The notes under the pieces: model-generated
What the model was told of the DNA's origin: nothing
Databases searched by the model: none
The model's input: the letters and a program-made list of their open reading frames with translations, nothing else
Part shown: positions 25,569-34,574 of the stretch, in pieces
Layout: every line of letters begins with the position of its first letter
How positions within the stretch are numbered: position 1 is the first letter of the stretch
Source of the DNA: Patescibacteria group bacterium
GTDB taxonomy: Bacteria; Patescibacteriota; Minisyncoccia; Phycocordibacterales; UBA12079
Direction: 5' to 3'
DNA: 57,974 nt
Assembly (NCBI GenBank): GCA_043800905.1
Contig: JAZDMO010000003.1
Coordinates: 1 to 57,974, forward strand
Position numbers and translations under genes: made by a program

Positions 25569-26387
25569 ATGCAAGAAAAAATAGAGGAGTTAGAAAAAAA
25601 AGCAAAAATTGTTCGGGAAGAAGTTTTGAAAATGGTTTCTCAGGCTGGTTCAGGTCATATTGCTGGCCCCTTAAGTACCATCGATATTTTGGTAGCTTTA
25701 TATTTTTCTGTTATGAAGTATGACGTTCAAAATCCAGATTGGAAAGATCGTGACAGGTTGATTTTATCTCATGGACATGTATGTCCCGCTCTTTATGCGG
25801 TTATGGCGGAAGCTGGATATTTTCCTAAAATTGAACTACAAAATTTAAGAAAATTTGGATCTAATTTGCAAGGACATCCACATCGAGAGTGGTTGAGGGG
25901 ATTGGAAACTAGTTCAGGGCCTTTAGGTGAAGGTTTATCGCAAGCGGTAGGAATGGCTTTGGCTGAAAAAATTAATAATTTAGAAAGCGAAAAGAAATTT
26001 TTTTGTTTAATGTCTGATGGAGAATTGCAAGAGGGTCAAGTTTGGGAAGCTTTAATGTTAGCGGGTCATAAAAAGATAAATAATTTAATCGCAATTATTG
26101 ATAGAAATAATATTCAAATTAGTGGCAATACAGAAGATGTGGTTTCTTTGGAACCTTTGCGAGATAAATTAGAAGCTTTTAATTGGGATGTCTTAGAAAT
26201 AAATGGTCATGATTTTGAACAAATACTAGGAGCTTTTGTTACCGCTAAAGCAATTTTGGATAAACCTGTAGTTATTATCGCCCATACCATTGCTGGTAAG
26301 GGTTTTAAAGAATTAGAAGATGATTATCATTGGCATGGCAAAGCCCCTAGTCAAAAATTAGTTGAAAAAATCTTAAAAAACAATTAG
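25569..26387 (+). CDS. tkt: Transketolase, N-terminal subunit (split form)
   Basis: GSGHIAGPLS, LSHGH, MSDGELQEGQVWEA (ThDP-binding) motifs. Its 272 aa correspond to the N-terminal section only. Confidence 0.85.
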   Translation: MQEKIEELEKKAKIVREEVLKMVSQAGSGHIAGPLSTIDILVALYFSVMKYDVQNPDWKDRDRLILSHGHVCPALYAVMAEAGYFPKIELQNLRKFGSNLQGHPHREWLRGLETSSGPLGEGLSQAVGMALAEKINNLESEKKFFCLMSDGELQEGQVWEALMLAGHKKINNLIAIIDRNNIQISGNTEDVVSLEPLRDKLEAFNWDVLEINGHDFEQILGAFVTAKAILDKPVVIIAHTIAGKGFKELEDDYHWHGKAPSQKLVEKILKNN

Positions 26388-26399
26388 AGCAATATAATC

Positions 26400-27213
26400 T
26401 GCGGAGGTTGAACCTCCGCATTTTTAAATCTTTACTTATTTATTTAAATTTATTATGAAAAAACCTCCGTTTTTAAATGATCATATCTATCACATATATA
26501 ATCGTGGGGTAGAAAAAAGAGATGTTTTTATGGATGATCATGATTATTTTCAATTTATTCATGATTTGTTTGAATTTAATGATAAGAACCCCGTTAATAA
26601 ATTACAGGAAGACAATTTTTCAATAATATCTACGGAGGTTCAACCTCCGCAGATAAGAAGAAAGAGAAATAATGATCGAGAGTTATTGGTAGAAATATTA
26701 GCTTTTGTGTTGATGCCAAATCATTTTCACTTGTTATTAAAACAAAAAAATGATGATGGGGTTGTAAAGTTTATGCAAAAAATAGGAACAGGCTACACCA
26801 TGAGCTTTAATAAAAAATATGATAGAGTTGGAAGCTTGTTTCAGGGAAGATTTAAAGCTGTTTTAGTAGAAAGAGAAGATCATCTTCTTTTTCTTCCTAA
26901 CTATATTCATTTAAATCCCATCAAAATAAAAAGGGATTTTTCTGTTAATAAAAATTTAATTTCTGCAGTTAGTGATTTAGAATTTTTAGAAAAATATCGT
27001 TGGAGTAGTTTACCTGATTATCTTGGTAAAAAGAATTTTCCATCGGTTATTTCAAAAGAATTTTTATTAGAAATTATAGGGAATCCAAGAGAATATAGAA
27101 AAGAGTTAAAAACTTGGTTGAAAAAAAATTATGATTTTAAAGCTATATTTGATGAAATAGTGTAGAGAATATGATACATTTTAAGACCTTCGGAGGTTGA
27201 ACCTCCGAAGGTC
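26400..27213 (+). mobile_element. RAYT/IS200-like Y1 transposase unit 2 with flanking hairpins
   Basis: TGCGGAGGTTGAACCTCCGCA at 26400-26420 (left). ATCTACGGAGGTTCAACCTCCGCAGAT at 26629-26655 (in frame, inside the CDS). GACCTTCGGAGGTTGAACCTCCGAAGGTC at 27185-27213 (right). Confidence 0.55.
26455..27165 (+). CDS. Y1 HUH transposase-like protein (IS200/RAYT family), paralog of 15404-16144
   Basis: YHIYNRG, HUH motif MPNHFHLLL, YIHLNPIK candidate catalytic Tyr motif. Confidence 0.8.
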   Translation: MKKPPFLNDHIYHIYNRGVEKRDVFMDDHDYFQFIHDLFEFNDKNPVNKLQEDNFSIISTEVQPPQIRRKRNNDRELLVEILAFVLMPNHFHLLLKQKNDDGVVKFMQKIGTGYTMSFNKKYDRVGSLFQGRFKAVLVEREDHLLFLPNYIHLNPIKIKRDFSVNKNLISAVSDLEFLEKYRWSSLPDYLGKKNFPSVISKEFLLEIIGNPREYRKELKTWLKKNYDFKAIFDEIV

Positions 27214-27250
27214 CATATATTTTTTAATGAATCTTTTTTAATAATTTGCT

Positions 27251-28390
27251 ATGATTGAAAAAATGAAAAATAAAGAAAAACCTGTCTGTCAACGAGGTAG
27301 AAAAATATTTGTTGGAATGTCAGGCGGTGTGGACTCTTCTCTTACCGCGGCTTTGTTATTGAAAGAAGGTTATGATGTGACCGGTGTTTTCATTAAAGTT
27401 TGGCAACCAGATTTTGTAGAGTGTTCTTGGCGAGAGGATAGATTGGATGCTATGCGAGTGTGTGCTAAATTAGGTATTAATTTTTTGGATTTAGATTTGG
27501 AAGAAGTATACAAGAGAGAAGTTTTTGATTATATGATAGAAGAATACAAAAATGGCAGAACTCCTAATCCAGATGTGATGTGTAATAAGAAAATTAAATT
27601 CGGAGCTTTTTTGGATTTTGCTTTAAAAAATGGAGTGGATTTTGTGGCTACAGGTCATTATGTTCGTTTAGAAGATAAAAAACTTTTAGCTGGAATTGAT
27701 GAAAATAAAGATCAGTCATATTTTTTATGGACACTTACTCAAGAACAATTAAAACATTGTATTTTCCCGATTGGACAATATACCAAACCAGAGGTACGGA
27801 AATTAGCTAAAAAATTTGAACTTTCTACCGCCGATAAAAAAGACAGTCAGGGTTTGTGTTTTGTGGGAAAAGTAGATATGAAAGATTTTTTAGAAAGATT
27901 TATTCCACAAAAAAAGGGAGATGTTTTGAATGAAAAAGGAAAAGTCATCGGCCACCATGATGGTATCCACTATTTCACCTTAGGACAAAGGCATGGTTTT
28001 GAAATTATTGAAAAAGGAACAGAAGACAAACCTTATTATGTAGTGGCTAAAGATTTAGAAAAAAATATTTTAATTGTGTCTAATCAAGACAAACAAAACT
28101 TTACAGAAAATTTAAAAAGAAAAGAAATTAAATTAGAAAATATAAATTGGACTTTAGGTGAGAAACCAAATTTCTTCACTTCGTCTCTGCGAGGAGATCA
28201 CGACGAAGCAGTCCAGAAAAAATATCAAGCCAGAATAAGATACAGACAGCCTTTGCAAGAATGTGTTTTGGTTGAAAAAGACAGAATTTTTTCGGTTGTT
28301 TTTGATATTCCACAAAAAAACGTGGCTTCAGGACAATCTGTGGTAATTTATGATGAAGATATTTGTTTGGGGGGTGGGGTGATTGTTTAA
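27251..28390 (+). CDS. mnmA: tRNA 2-thiouridine(34) synthase MnmA
   Basis: PP-loop VGMSGGVDSS, DQSYFL, C-terminal RIRYRQ and LGGG motifs. Confidence 0.9.
   Translation: MIEKMKNKEKPVCQRGRKIFVGMSGGVDSSLTAALLLKEGYDVTGVFIKVWQPDFVECSWREDRLDAMRVCAKLGINFLDLDLEEVYKREVFDYMIEEYKNGRTPNPDVMCNKKIKFGAFLDFALKNGVDFVATGHYVRLEDKKLLAGIDENKDQSYFLWTLTQEQLKHCIFPIGQYTKPEVRKLAKKFELSTADKKDSQGLCFVGKVDMKDFLERFIPQKKGDVLNEKGKVIGHHDGIHYFTLGQRHGFEIIEKGTEDKPYYVVAKDLEKNILIVSNQDKQNFTENLKRKEIKLENINWTLGEKPNFFTSSLRGDHDEAVQKKYQARIRYRQPLQECVLVEKDRIFSVVFDIPQKNVASGQSVVIYDEDICLGGGVIV
28182..28216. repeat. Minimal (-) modular unit in frame inside mnmA
   Basis: CGTCTCTGCGAGGAGATCACGACGAAGCAGTCCAG, translated as SSLRGDHDEAVQ. Confidence 0.75.
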
Positions 28391-28414
28391 AACATAAAAA
28401 TTTAAGAATATTAA

Positions 28415-28450
28415 ACAAAGGGAAATCGCTTTGCGATTTCCCTTTGTTTT
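28415..28450 (+). terminator. Intrinsic terminator after mnmA
   Basis: ACAAAGGGAAATCGC-ttt-GCGATTTCCCTTTGT followed by TTTT. Confidence 0.6.
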
Positions 28451-28492
28451 AAGACTTTTATGTTCTCGTGTCTCCATGTTATAATATTTAAC

Positions 28493-29335
28493 ATGAACGA
28501 CGAAATCTATATTATAAAGGCGAATGGAGAAAAGGAGCTCTTTGATGTTTCAAAATTAGAAAATTCTTTACGAAGAGCGGGAGCTGATTTGAAAACGATT
28601 AATATTATTGCTGATGAAATTTCAGAAAATTTGGAACAAAATATGACTACGGCAGAAATTTATCGCAAAGCTTTTGAACTTTTAAATCAAACTGAGAGTG
28701 TTCATGCTATAAGATATTCTGTTAAAAAAGCAGTTATGGATTTGGGACCCAACGGATTTTCTTTTGAGGATTTTGTAGGAGCGATGTTTCGTGAAATGGG
28801 GTATGCTGTTTTATTAAGACAGTTGGTTAGAGGTTTGTGCGTAGAACATGAAGTTGATTTTATTGCAAAAAATAATGAAAAATTTTTAATGGGTGAAGTA
28901 AAATTTCATAATGAGCAGGGAATTAAATCAGACTTAAAAGTTGTTTTGTATGTTAAAGAAAGATTTGATGATATCCAAAAAGGAGAATTTTTTAGAAACA
29001 TTGATAAAAATTTAAAATTTGAAAAATGGTTAATTACTAATACTAAATTTACTTCTCAAGCAATTCAATATGCTGAATGTTCTCGAGAAATTCAATTAAT
29101 GAGCTGGAATTATCCAATGAACAATAGTTTGTTTAATTTAATTGATAGAGCAAAACTTTATCCGATTACTTGTTTAAATTCGTTAAGTTCTCATGAAAAA
29201 CAATTGTTTTTAAATAAAAATATAGTATTGTGTAGAGAAATAAAAAGAGGGGGCGTTCGATTATTTAATTTAGTAGGAATCAAAAAAGAAAAACAAGAAG
29301 AAATTTTAAATGAGATTAATAATTTAACAAAATAA
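28493..29335 (+). CDS. ATP-cone domain fused to an Mrr-type (PD-(D/E)XK) restriction-endonuclease-like domain
   Basis: IIKANGEKELFDVSKLENSLRRAG is ATP-cone-like. FEDFVGAMFREMGY...VDFIA...GEVKF matches the Mrr catalytic core. ATG at 28493 is preferred over 28460. Confidence 0.6.
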   Translation: MNDEIYIIKANGEKELFDVSKLENSLRRAGADLKTINIIADEISENLEQNMTTAEIYRKAFELLNQTESVHAIRYSVKKAVMDLGPNGFSFEDFVGAMFREMGYAVLLRQLVRGLCVEHEVDFIAKNNEKFLMGEVKFHNEQGIKSDLKVVLYVKERFDDIQKGEFFRNIDKNLKFEKWLITNTKFTSQAIQYAECSREIQLMSWNYPMNNSLFNLIDRAKLYPITCLNSLSSHEKQLFLNKNIVLCREIKRGGVRLFNLVGIKKEKQEEILNEINNLTK

Positions 29336-29337
29336 TT

Positions 29338-29889
29338 ATGAGTTATAACTTTAAAAGTTTAAAAGATGGATTAACAAATATTGAAGCTTGGTTAGTTAAA
29401 GAATTTTCTAGTATACGAACAGGGATGGCATCTATGTCTTTATTAGATAATATTAGAGTTGAAAGTTACGGTTCATTTATATCAATTAATCAAGTGGCTA
29501 ATGTTGTTTTGGAAGATCCTAAAACCTTAAGAATTGTTCCTTGGGATGCTTCTCAAATTAAATCTATTGAAAAAGCTCTAACAGAAGCTGATTTGGGGGT
29601 TTCTGTGTCTGTGGATGGGAAAGGAATTCGATTAGCTTTTCCTGATTTAACCGGAGAAAGAAGAGAATCTTTGGTTAAAATGGCTAAAGCTAAATTAGAG
29701 CAGGCAAAGGTTTCTGTTAGGGGTGAAAGAGACCGAGTGTGGAATGAAATTCAAGAAGAAGAAAAAAAAGGAGGAATGGGCCAAGATGATAAGTTTAGAT
29801 ATAAAGAAGAAATGCAAAAAATTATTGATGAAAAAAATGAGGTTTTGCTAGGGTTGTTTAATAAGAAAGAAAAAGAAATTAAAGGATAA
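29338..29889 (+). CDS. frr: Ribosome recycling factor
   Basis: LDNIRVESYGS, PWD, PDLTGERRESLVKMAK motifs. Confidence 0.9.
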   Translation: MSYNFKSLKDGLTNIEAWLVKEFSSIRTGMASMSLLDNIRVESYGSFISINQVANVVLEDPKTLRIVPWDASQIKSIEKALTEADLGVSVSVDGKGIRLAFPDLTGERRESLVKMAKAKLEQAKVSVRGERDRVWNEIQEEEKKGGMGQDDKFRYKEEMQKIIDEKNEVLLGLFNKKEKEIKG

Positions 29890-29909
29890 ACAATAACTGA
29901 AATCTAAAA

Positions 29910-30290
29910 GTGAAAAACGAAAAACCGCAAGAAAAAGATAAAAAAGATTTAAGGTATCGAAGTTATGTTTTTAGTCTTGATATAATTTCTCTTTTAGAAA
30001 AATTACCTAAAAATTATATATATGAGATCCTAGGTAAACAGGTTTTAAGATCAGCTACTAGTATTGGGGCAAATATTGTAGAAGCTCAGGCTGGAAGTTC
30101 AAAAAAAGATTTTGTTCGTTTTTATCAAATTGCTCTTAAAAGTTGTAATGAAATTAAATATTGGTTGTCTATATTTAAAATAAAACAAAAAGATAATCTA
30201 AAAATTGAAGAATTGTTAAATGAAGCCATAGAGCTTGGCAATATTCTTGGAGCGAGTATAATAACTATGAAAAGTAAAAGAAAGCTTTAA
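29910..30290 (+). CDS. Four-helix-bundle protein (23S rRNA intervening-sequence protein family)
   Basis: GKQVLRSATSIGANIVEAQAGSSKKDFVRFYQIALKSCNEIKYWL is the signature of the family. GTG start. Confidence 0.8.
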   Translation: MKNEKPQEKDKKDLRYRSYVFSLDIISLLEKLPKNYIYEILGKQVLRSATSIGANIVEAQAGSSKKDFVRFYQIALKSCNEIKYWLSIFKIKQKDNLKIEELLNEAIELGNILGASIITMKSKRKL

Positions 30291-30342
30291 CTTTTCAGTT
30301 GCAGTTTTTACTTTTTCGTTTTTAATTTTTAATTTATATATT

Positions 30343-31443
30343 ATGTCTATTTTAATTTTTATTATAATTTTAGGTGTGTTGATATTCGTCCATGAATTGG
30401 GTCATTTTATTTTTGCCAAAAGAACAGGGATGTTGGTGGAAGAGTTTGCTATTGGTTTTCCTCCGCGTATTTTTTCTTTTAAAAAAGGCGAAACTAAATA
30501 TTCTATTGGGATTATTCCTTTGGGTGGTTATGTAAAAATTTTTGGTGAAGAATATGGAGAAGAAAATGGTGAGATTAACGAAAAAAATAAAGATAGAAGT
30601 TTTACTCAACAACCTAAAAAAAATCAAGCTTTGGTTTTGGCTGCGGGAGTAACCTTTAACTTGTTGTTAGCTTGGATATTATTTGCAGTTGCCTTTGGAT
30701 CAGGAATGCCTGTTTCTGTTAATACATTTTCCGGAATGGAAATAGAAAATCCTCAATTAATGTTGGTGGATGTTTTGAAGGATTCTCCGGCAGAAAAGGC
30801 TGGTTTAGTAGCAGGGGATAGTATTTTGTATTTAAATTCTGGGGAAGATTCTTTACAAAATTTTGAAAATACTTTGGTGGCTGAAGATTTTATTGCTACT
30901 CATGGAGGAAAGGAAATTAATATTTTTTATCATCATGGAAATGAAAATATTTTAACTACGATTGTTCCAGAAGAAGGTGTCGTAGAAGGAAAGTTTGCTA
31001 TTGGAGTTTCTTTGGATATGGTGGGGGAAGTAAGATTACCTTTTTTTATGGCGATTTGGGAAGCCTTAAAAACTACTGCTAATTTGACTATCATGACCAT
31101 TGTCGGTTTGTTTTGGTTTGTAGTAGGAATTTTCAATGGAGCGAGTTCTTTGTCTCAGATTTCTGGTCCTGTAGGAATTGTTTCTATGGTAGGGGGAGCT
31201 TTGAATTTTGGTTTTATTTATTTGTTAAGTTTTACCGCTTTGATTTCTATAAATCTTGCTGTAATTAATTTGATTCCTATCCCCGCTTTGGATGGAGGAA
31301 GAATATTATTTGTTTTGATTGAAAAAATAAAAGGGTCACCTATTAAACCTCAAATTGCTAATGGTTTAAATTTACTTGGTTTTGGTCTTTTATTGCTTTT
31401 AATGTTAGTTATTACAGTTAATGATATCCTCAATGTTTTCTAG
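30343..31443 (+). CDS. rseP: RIP metalloprotease RseP (site-2 protease)
   Basis: HELGHF zinc motif, PDZ-like segment (SPAEKAGLVAGD), multiple TM segments, NLIPIPALDGG. Confidence 0.85.
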   Translation: MSILIFIIILGVLIFVHELGHFIFAKRTGMLVEEFAIGFPPRIFSFKKGETKYSIGIIPLGGYVKIFGEEYGEENGEINEKNKDRSFTQQPKKNQALVLAAGVTFNLLLAWILFAVAFGSGMPVSVNTFSGMEIENPQLMLVDVLKDSPAEKAGLVAGDSILYLNSGEDSLQNFENTLVAEDFIATHGGKEINIFYHHGNENILTTIVPEEGVVEGKFAIGVSLDMVGEVRLPFFMAIWEALKTTANLTIMTIVGLFWFVVGIFNGASSLSQISGPVGIVSMVGGALNFGFIYLLSFTALISINLAVINLIPIPALDGGRILFVLIEKIKGSPIKPQIANGLNLLGFGLLLLLMLVITVNDILNVF

Positions 31444-31488
31444 TTATCCCTTTTGATTAAATCTAAATAATAGGTTAATATTAAGTGC

Positions 31489-32721
31489 ATGAAACAAAGC
31501 TTACTATTTACTAAAACTAGAAAAGAAGCCCCAAAAGATGAGGTTTCTAAAAATGCTCAATTATTAATTAGAGGTGGTTTTATCAATAAAGAAATTGCAG
31601 GAGCTTATGCTTATTTACCTTTAGGAATTAGAGTTTTGGAAAAAATAAATAATATCATCAGAAAAGAAATGAATGCTATTGGTGGACAGGAATTGTTTAT
31701 GACTATTTTACAGGATCAGGAAATTTGGAAAAAAACTAATAGATGGAGCGATGATATTGTAGATAATTGGTTTAAAACTAAATTAAAAAATGATACAGAA
31801 TTAGGAATGGCCTTTACTCATGAAGAGCCAATTACGAATATGATGAAAAATCATATTCAGTCTTTTAAGGATTTGCCTATTTTTGTTTATCAAATTCAAA
31901 CAAAATTTAGAAATGAAGCTAGAGCAAAAAGTGGAATAATGAGAGGCAGAGAATTTTTCATGAAAGATTTATACTCTTTTTCTAGAGATGATGAATCTCA
32001 TAATGAATTTTATAACAAAACAAAGGTAGCTTATATGAACATTTTTAATTCAGTGGGAGTTGGAGAAAAAACCTATATGACTTTTGCTTCAGGAGGAACT
32101 TTTTCTAAATATTCTCATGAATTTCAAACTTTATCAGAAGCGGGGGAAGACCATATTTATATTTGTGATAAGTGCCGAATTGCTATTAATGATGAAATTA
32201 TAACGGAACAAGATTCTTGCCCTGAATGTGGTAATAAAGATTTAAGAAAAGAAAAAGCAGTGGAAGCCGGAAATATTTTTAGTTTAGGAACTCGTTTTTC
32301 CGAAGCTTTTGATTTGTTCTATAAAGATGAAAAAGGAGAAAATCAATTAGTTGTAATGGGTAGTTATGGAATAGGACCGGGGCGTTTGATGGGTATTATT
32401 GCTGAAATATTGTCAGATGAAAAAGGAATTGTTTGGCCTGAATCAGTGGCTCCTTTTAAAGTTCACTTGATAAGTTTAGGTAAAAACGAAGAAGCTGAAA
32501 ATATCTATAAATTATTAAATGAAAAGGGAATTGAAGTTTTGTTTGATGATAGAGAAGTTTCAGCTGGTGAAAAATTTGCTGACTCAGATTTAATTGGAAT
32601 TCCTTATCGAGTGGTGGTTAGTGAAAAGAGTTTAAATCAAGGAGGGTTAGAACTGAAAAAAAGAAATGAATTAGAAACCAAAATTTTAAATAAGGAAGAA
32701 CTAATTGAATTAATGAATTAA
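31489..32721 (+). CDS. proS: Proline--tRNA ligase (short form without editing insertion)
   Basis: Class II motifs FRNEARAKSGIMRGREFFMKDLYSF and GSYGIGPGR. C-terminal anticodon-binding-like region. Confidence 0.8.
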   Translation: MKQSLLFTKTRKEAPKDEVSKNAQLLIRGGFINKEIAGAYAYLPLGIRVLEKINNIIRKEMNAIGGQELFMTILQDQEIWKKTNRWSDDIVDNWFKTKLKNDTELGMAFTHEEPITNMMKNHIQSFKDLPIFVYQIQTKFRNEARAKSGIMRGREFFMKDLYSFSRDDESHNEFYNKTKVAYMNIFNSVGVGEKTYMTFASGGTFSKYSHEFQTLSEAGEDHIYICDKCRIAINDEIITEQDSCPECGNKDLRKEKAVEAGNIFSLGTRFSEAFDLFYKDEKGENQLVVMGSYGIGPGRLMGIIAEILSDEKGIVWPESVAPFKVHLISLGKNEEAENIYKLLNEKGIEVLFDDREVSAGEKFADSDLIGIPYRVVVSEKSLNQGGLELKKRNELETKILNKEELIELMN

Positions 32722-32722
32722 A

Positions 32723-33805
32723 ATGAAAAAAAACAATTTTTTTGAAAAAATAAAAAGAAAATTTAAAGGATTGTTTTCCAATAATATTGGGATTGATTTA
32801 GGTACGGCTAATACGTTAATTTATGTTCAAGACAGAGGTATTGTAATCAACGAACCGACTGTAGTAGCAATGAATGTTAAAACCGGAAGGGTGGTAGCAG
32901 TGGGAGGGCAAGCTCAAAAAATGATTGGAAGAACGCCTGCTCATATTATGGCTGTGCGTCCTTTGGTGGACGGGGTTATTTCTGATTTTGAGGTAACCGA
33001 AGAGATGATTGCTCATTTAATAAATAAAGCCCAATCAAATAGAAAAAAAATTATTGGTCCAGTCGTTTTAGTTGGGGTGCCTTCTGGAATTACCAATGTT
33101 GAAACTCGAGCGGTTCGTGATGCTGTTAAAAATGCTGGGGCGAGAGAGGTTCATATTATTGAAGAGCCTATGGCGGCAGCGATTGGAAGTCGTTTGCCGA
33201 TTAAAGATGCAATTGGTTCTGTTATGATAGATATTGGAGGAGGAACTACTGATATTGCAGTGATTTCTTTGGGTGGGGTAGTTCTTTCAAAAAATCTTAG
33301 AATTGCAGGAGATCGATTTAATGAAGATATTATTCAATATGTTAGAAGTAAATTTAAAATTTTGATTGGAGAAAAGACGGCCGAAAGATTAAAAATAGAT
33401 ATTTGTTCGGCAATTCCTTTAGACGAACCTTTGGTAACTACTGTAAGAGGACGGGATTTAATTAGTGGTTTACCTAAAGAAATTACTATTGATGATACTC
33501 ATGTTAGAAAAGCAATTTCTCAATCATTGGTTTCTTTATTAGATGCTGTTAAAGAAGTTTTAGAAATGACTCCGCCAGAAATCGTTTCGGATATTTTGAA
33601 TCGAGGGGTTCATCTTAGTGGTGGTGGAGCTTTGATTAAAAATCTTGATGTTTTATTGGCCGATATTATAAAGGTACCGGTTTATATAGTTGACGATCCT
33701 TTAACCGCTGTGGCTCGTGGGTCAGGAGTGGTATTATCAGATTTAAATGAATATCGAGAAATTTTAATTCAAGACGAAGATGGCACACCTTTCAAGGGAC
33801 AATAG
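32723..33805 (+). CDS. mreB: Rod shape-determining protein MreB
   Basis: IGIDLGTANT, actin-fold phosphate motifs, DIGGGTTD. Confidence 0.9.
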   Translation: MKKNNFFEKIKRKFKGLFSNNIGIDLGTANTLIYVQDRGIVINEPTVVAMNVKTGRVVAVGGQAQKMIGRTPAHIMAVRPLVDGVISDFEVTEEMIAHLINKAQSNRKKIIGPVVLVGVPSGITNVETRAVRDAVKNAGAREVHIIEEPMAAAIGSRLPIKDAIGSVMIDIGGGTTDIAVISLGGVVLSKNLRIAGDRFNEDIIQYVRSKFKILIGEKTAERLKIDICSAIPLDEPLVTTVRGRDLISGLPKEITIDDTHVRKAISQSLVSLLDAVKEVLEMTPPEIVSDILNRGVHLSGGGALIKNLDVLLADIIKVPVYIVDDPLTAVARGSGVVLSDLNEYREILIQDEDGTPFKGQ

Positions 33806-34574
33806 AAAAAGAGTTTTAAAAAAAACCATATATAAAATTTTAATAATTTTATTAGTGGTTTTTTTATTTGCGACTAATCGTTTTAATTTTTTAGATAAAC
33901 CAATTCAGGCTGTTAGTACTCCTTTGTGGAAGATTAAAAATTATATTTTAAGTGAATCACAAGAGTTTATTTCTTTTTTGAAAAGTAAACAAACTTTGAT
34001 TGATGAAAATAATGTTTTGCGCGAAAAAGCTAATTATCTTTCTTATAAACTTGTCAATTATAATTTAATTGAAGAAGAAAATTTAGCTATTAAAAAAATT
34101 TTGGATAAGAAGAATGATTCTCGTATTATTTTAACCAATATTCTCCTTAAACCCAGTTTATCTTTTTATGATAATTTATTTGTGGATGCGGGGCTGGACT
34201 CTGGAGTTAAAATTGGAGATAGAGCCTTAGTTGGTCAAAGTATTATTGTCGGGGAGGTTGAAGAAGTTTACCCGCACTCTTCTAAAATTAAATTATTTTC
34301 TTTTTATGGAGATATTTTAGAGGTGGCTATTGGATTTAATAAAATTTTGGCAGAAGCAAAAGGTTTAGGGGGATTAATGTTTGAGATTAAATTACCTCAA
34401 GATGTTAAGATAAATAAAGGAGACTTCGTTACTTTACCAGATGAAGATATAAAAATTCTTGGAGTTATTGAAGATATTGAGATTAAACCCGAAGATCCTT
34501 TTCAGACTATTTTATTTAGAAGCCCTGTAAATATTTTTGAATTAAGATGGATAGAGCTATTACAAAAAGAATAA
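33780..34574 (+). CDS. mreC: Rod shape-determining protein MreC (probable)
   Basis: Position after mreB, N-terminal TM segment, coiled-coil region, C-terminal beta-rich domain. Confidence 0.65.
   Translation: MAHLSRDNRKRVLKKTIYKILIILLVVFLFATNRFNFLDKPIQAVSTPLWKIKNYILSESQEFISFLKSKQTLIDENNVLREKANYLSYKLVNYNLIEEENLAIKKILDKKNDSRIILTNILLKPSLSFYDNLFVDAGLDSGVKIGDRALVGQSIIVGEVEEVYPHSSKIKLFSFYGDILEVAIGFNKILAEAKGLGGLMFEIKLPQDVKINKGDFVTLPDEDIKILGVIEDIEIKPEDPFQTILFRSPVNIFELRWIELLQKE

Noticed and set aside
29895-30302. Short inverted repeat AACTGAAA / TTTCAGTT and mirror-like A/T-rich runs flanking the four-helix-bundle gene, considered as a mobile-cassette boundary or IVS-like stem.
   Set aside because: Only 8 bp pair. 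The remaining similarity is mirror (not complementary) low-complexity sequence, and no rRNA is present.
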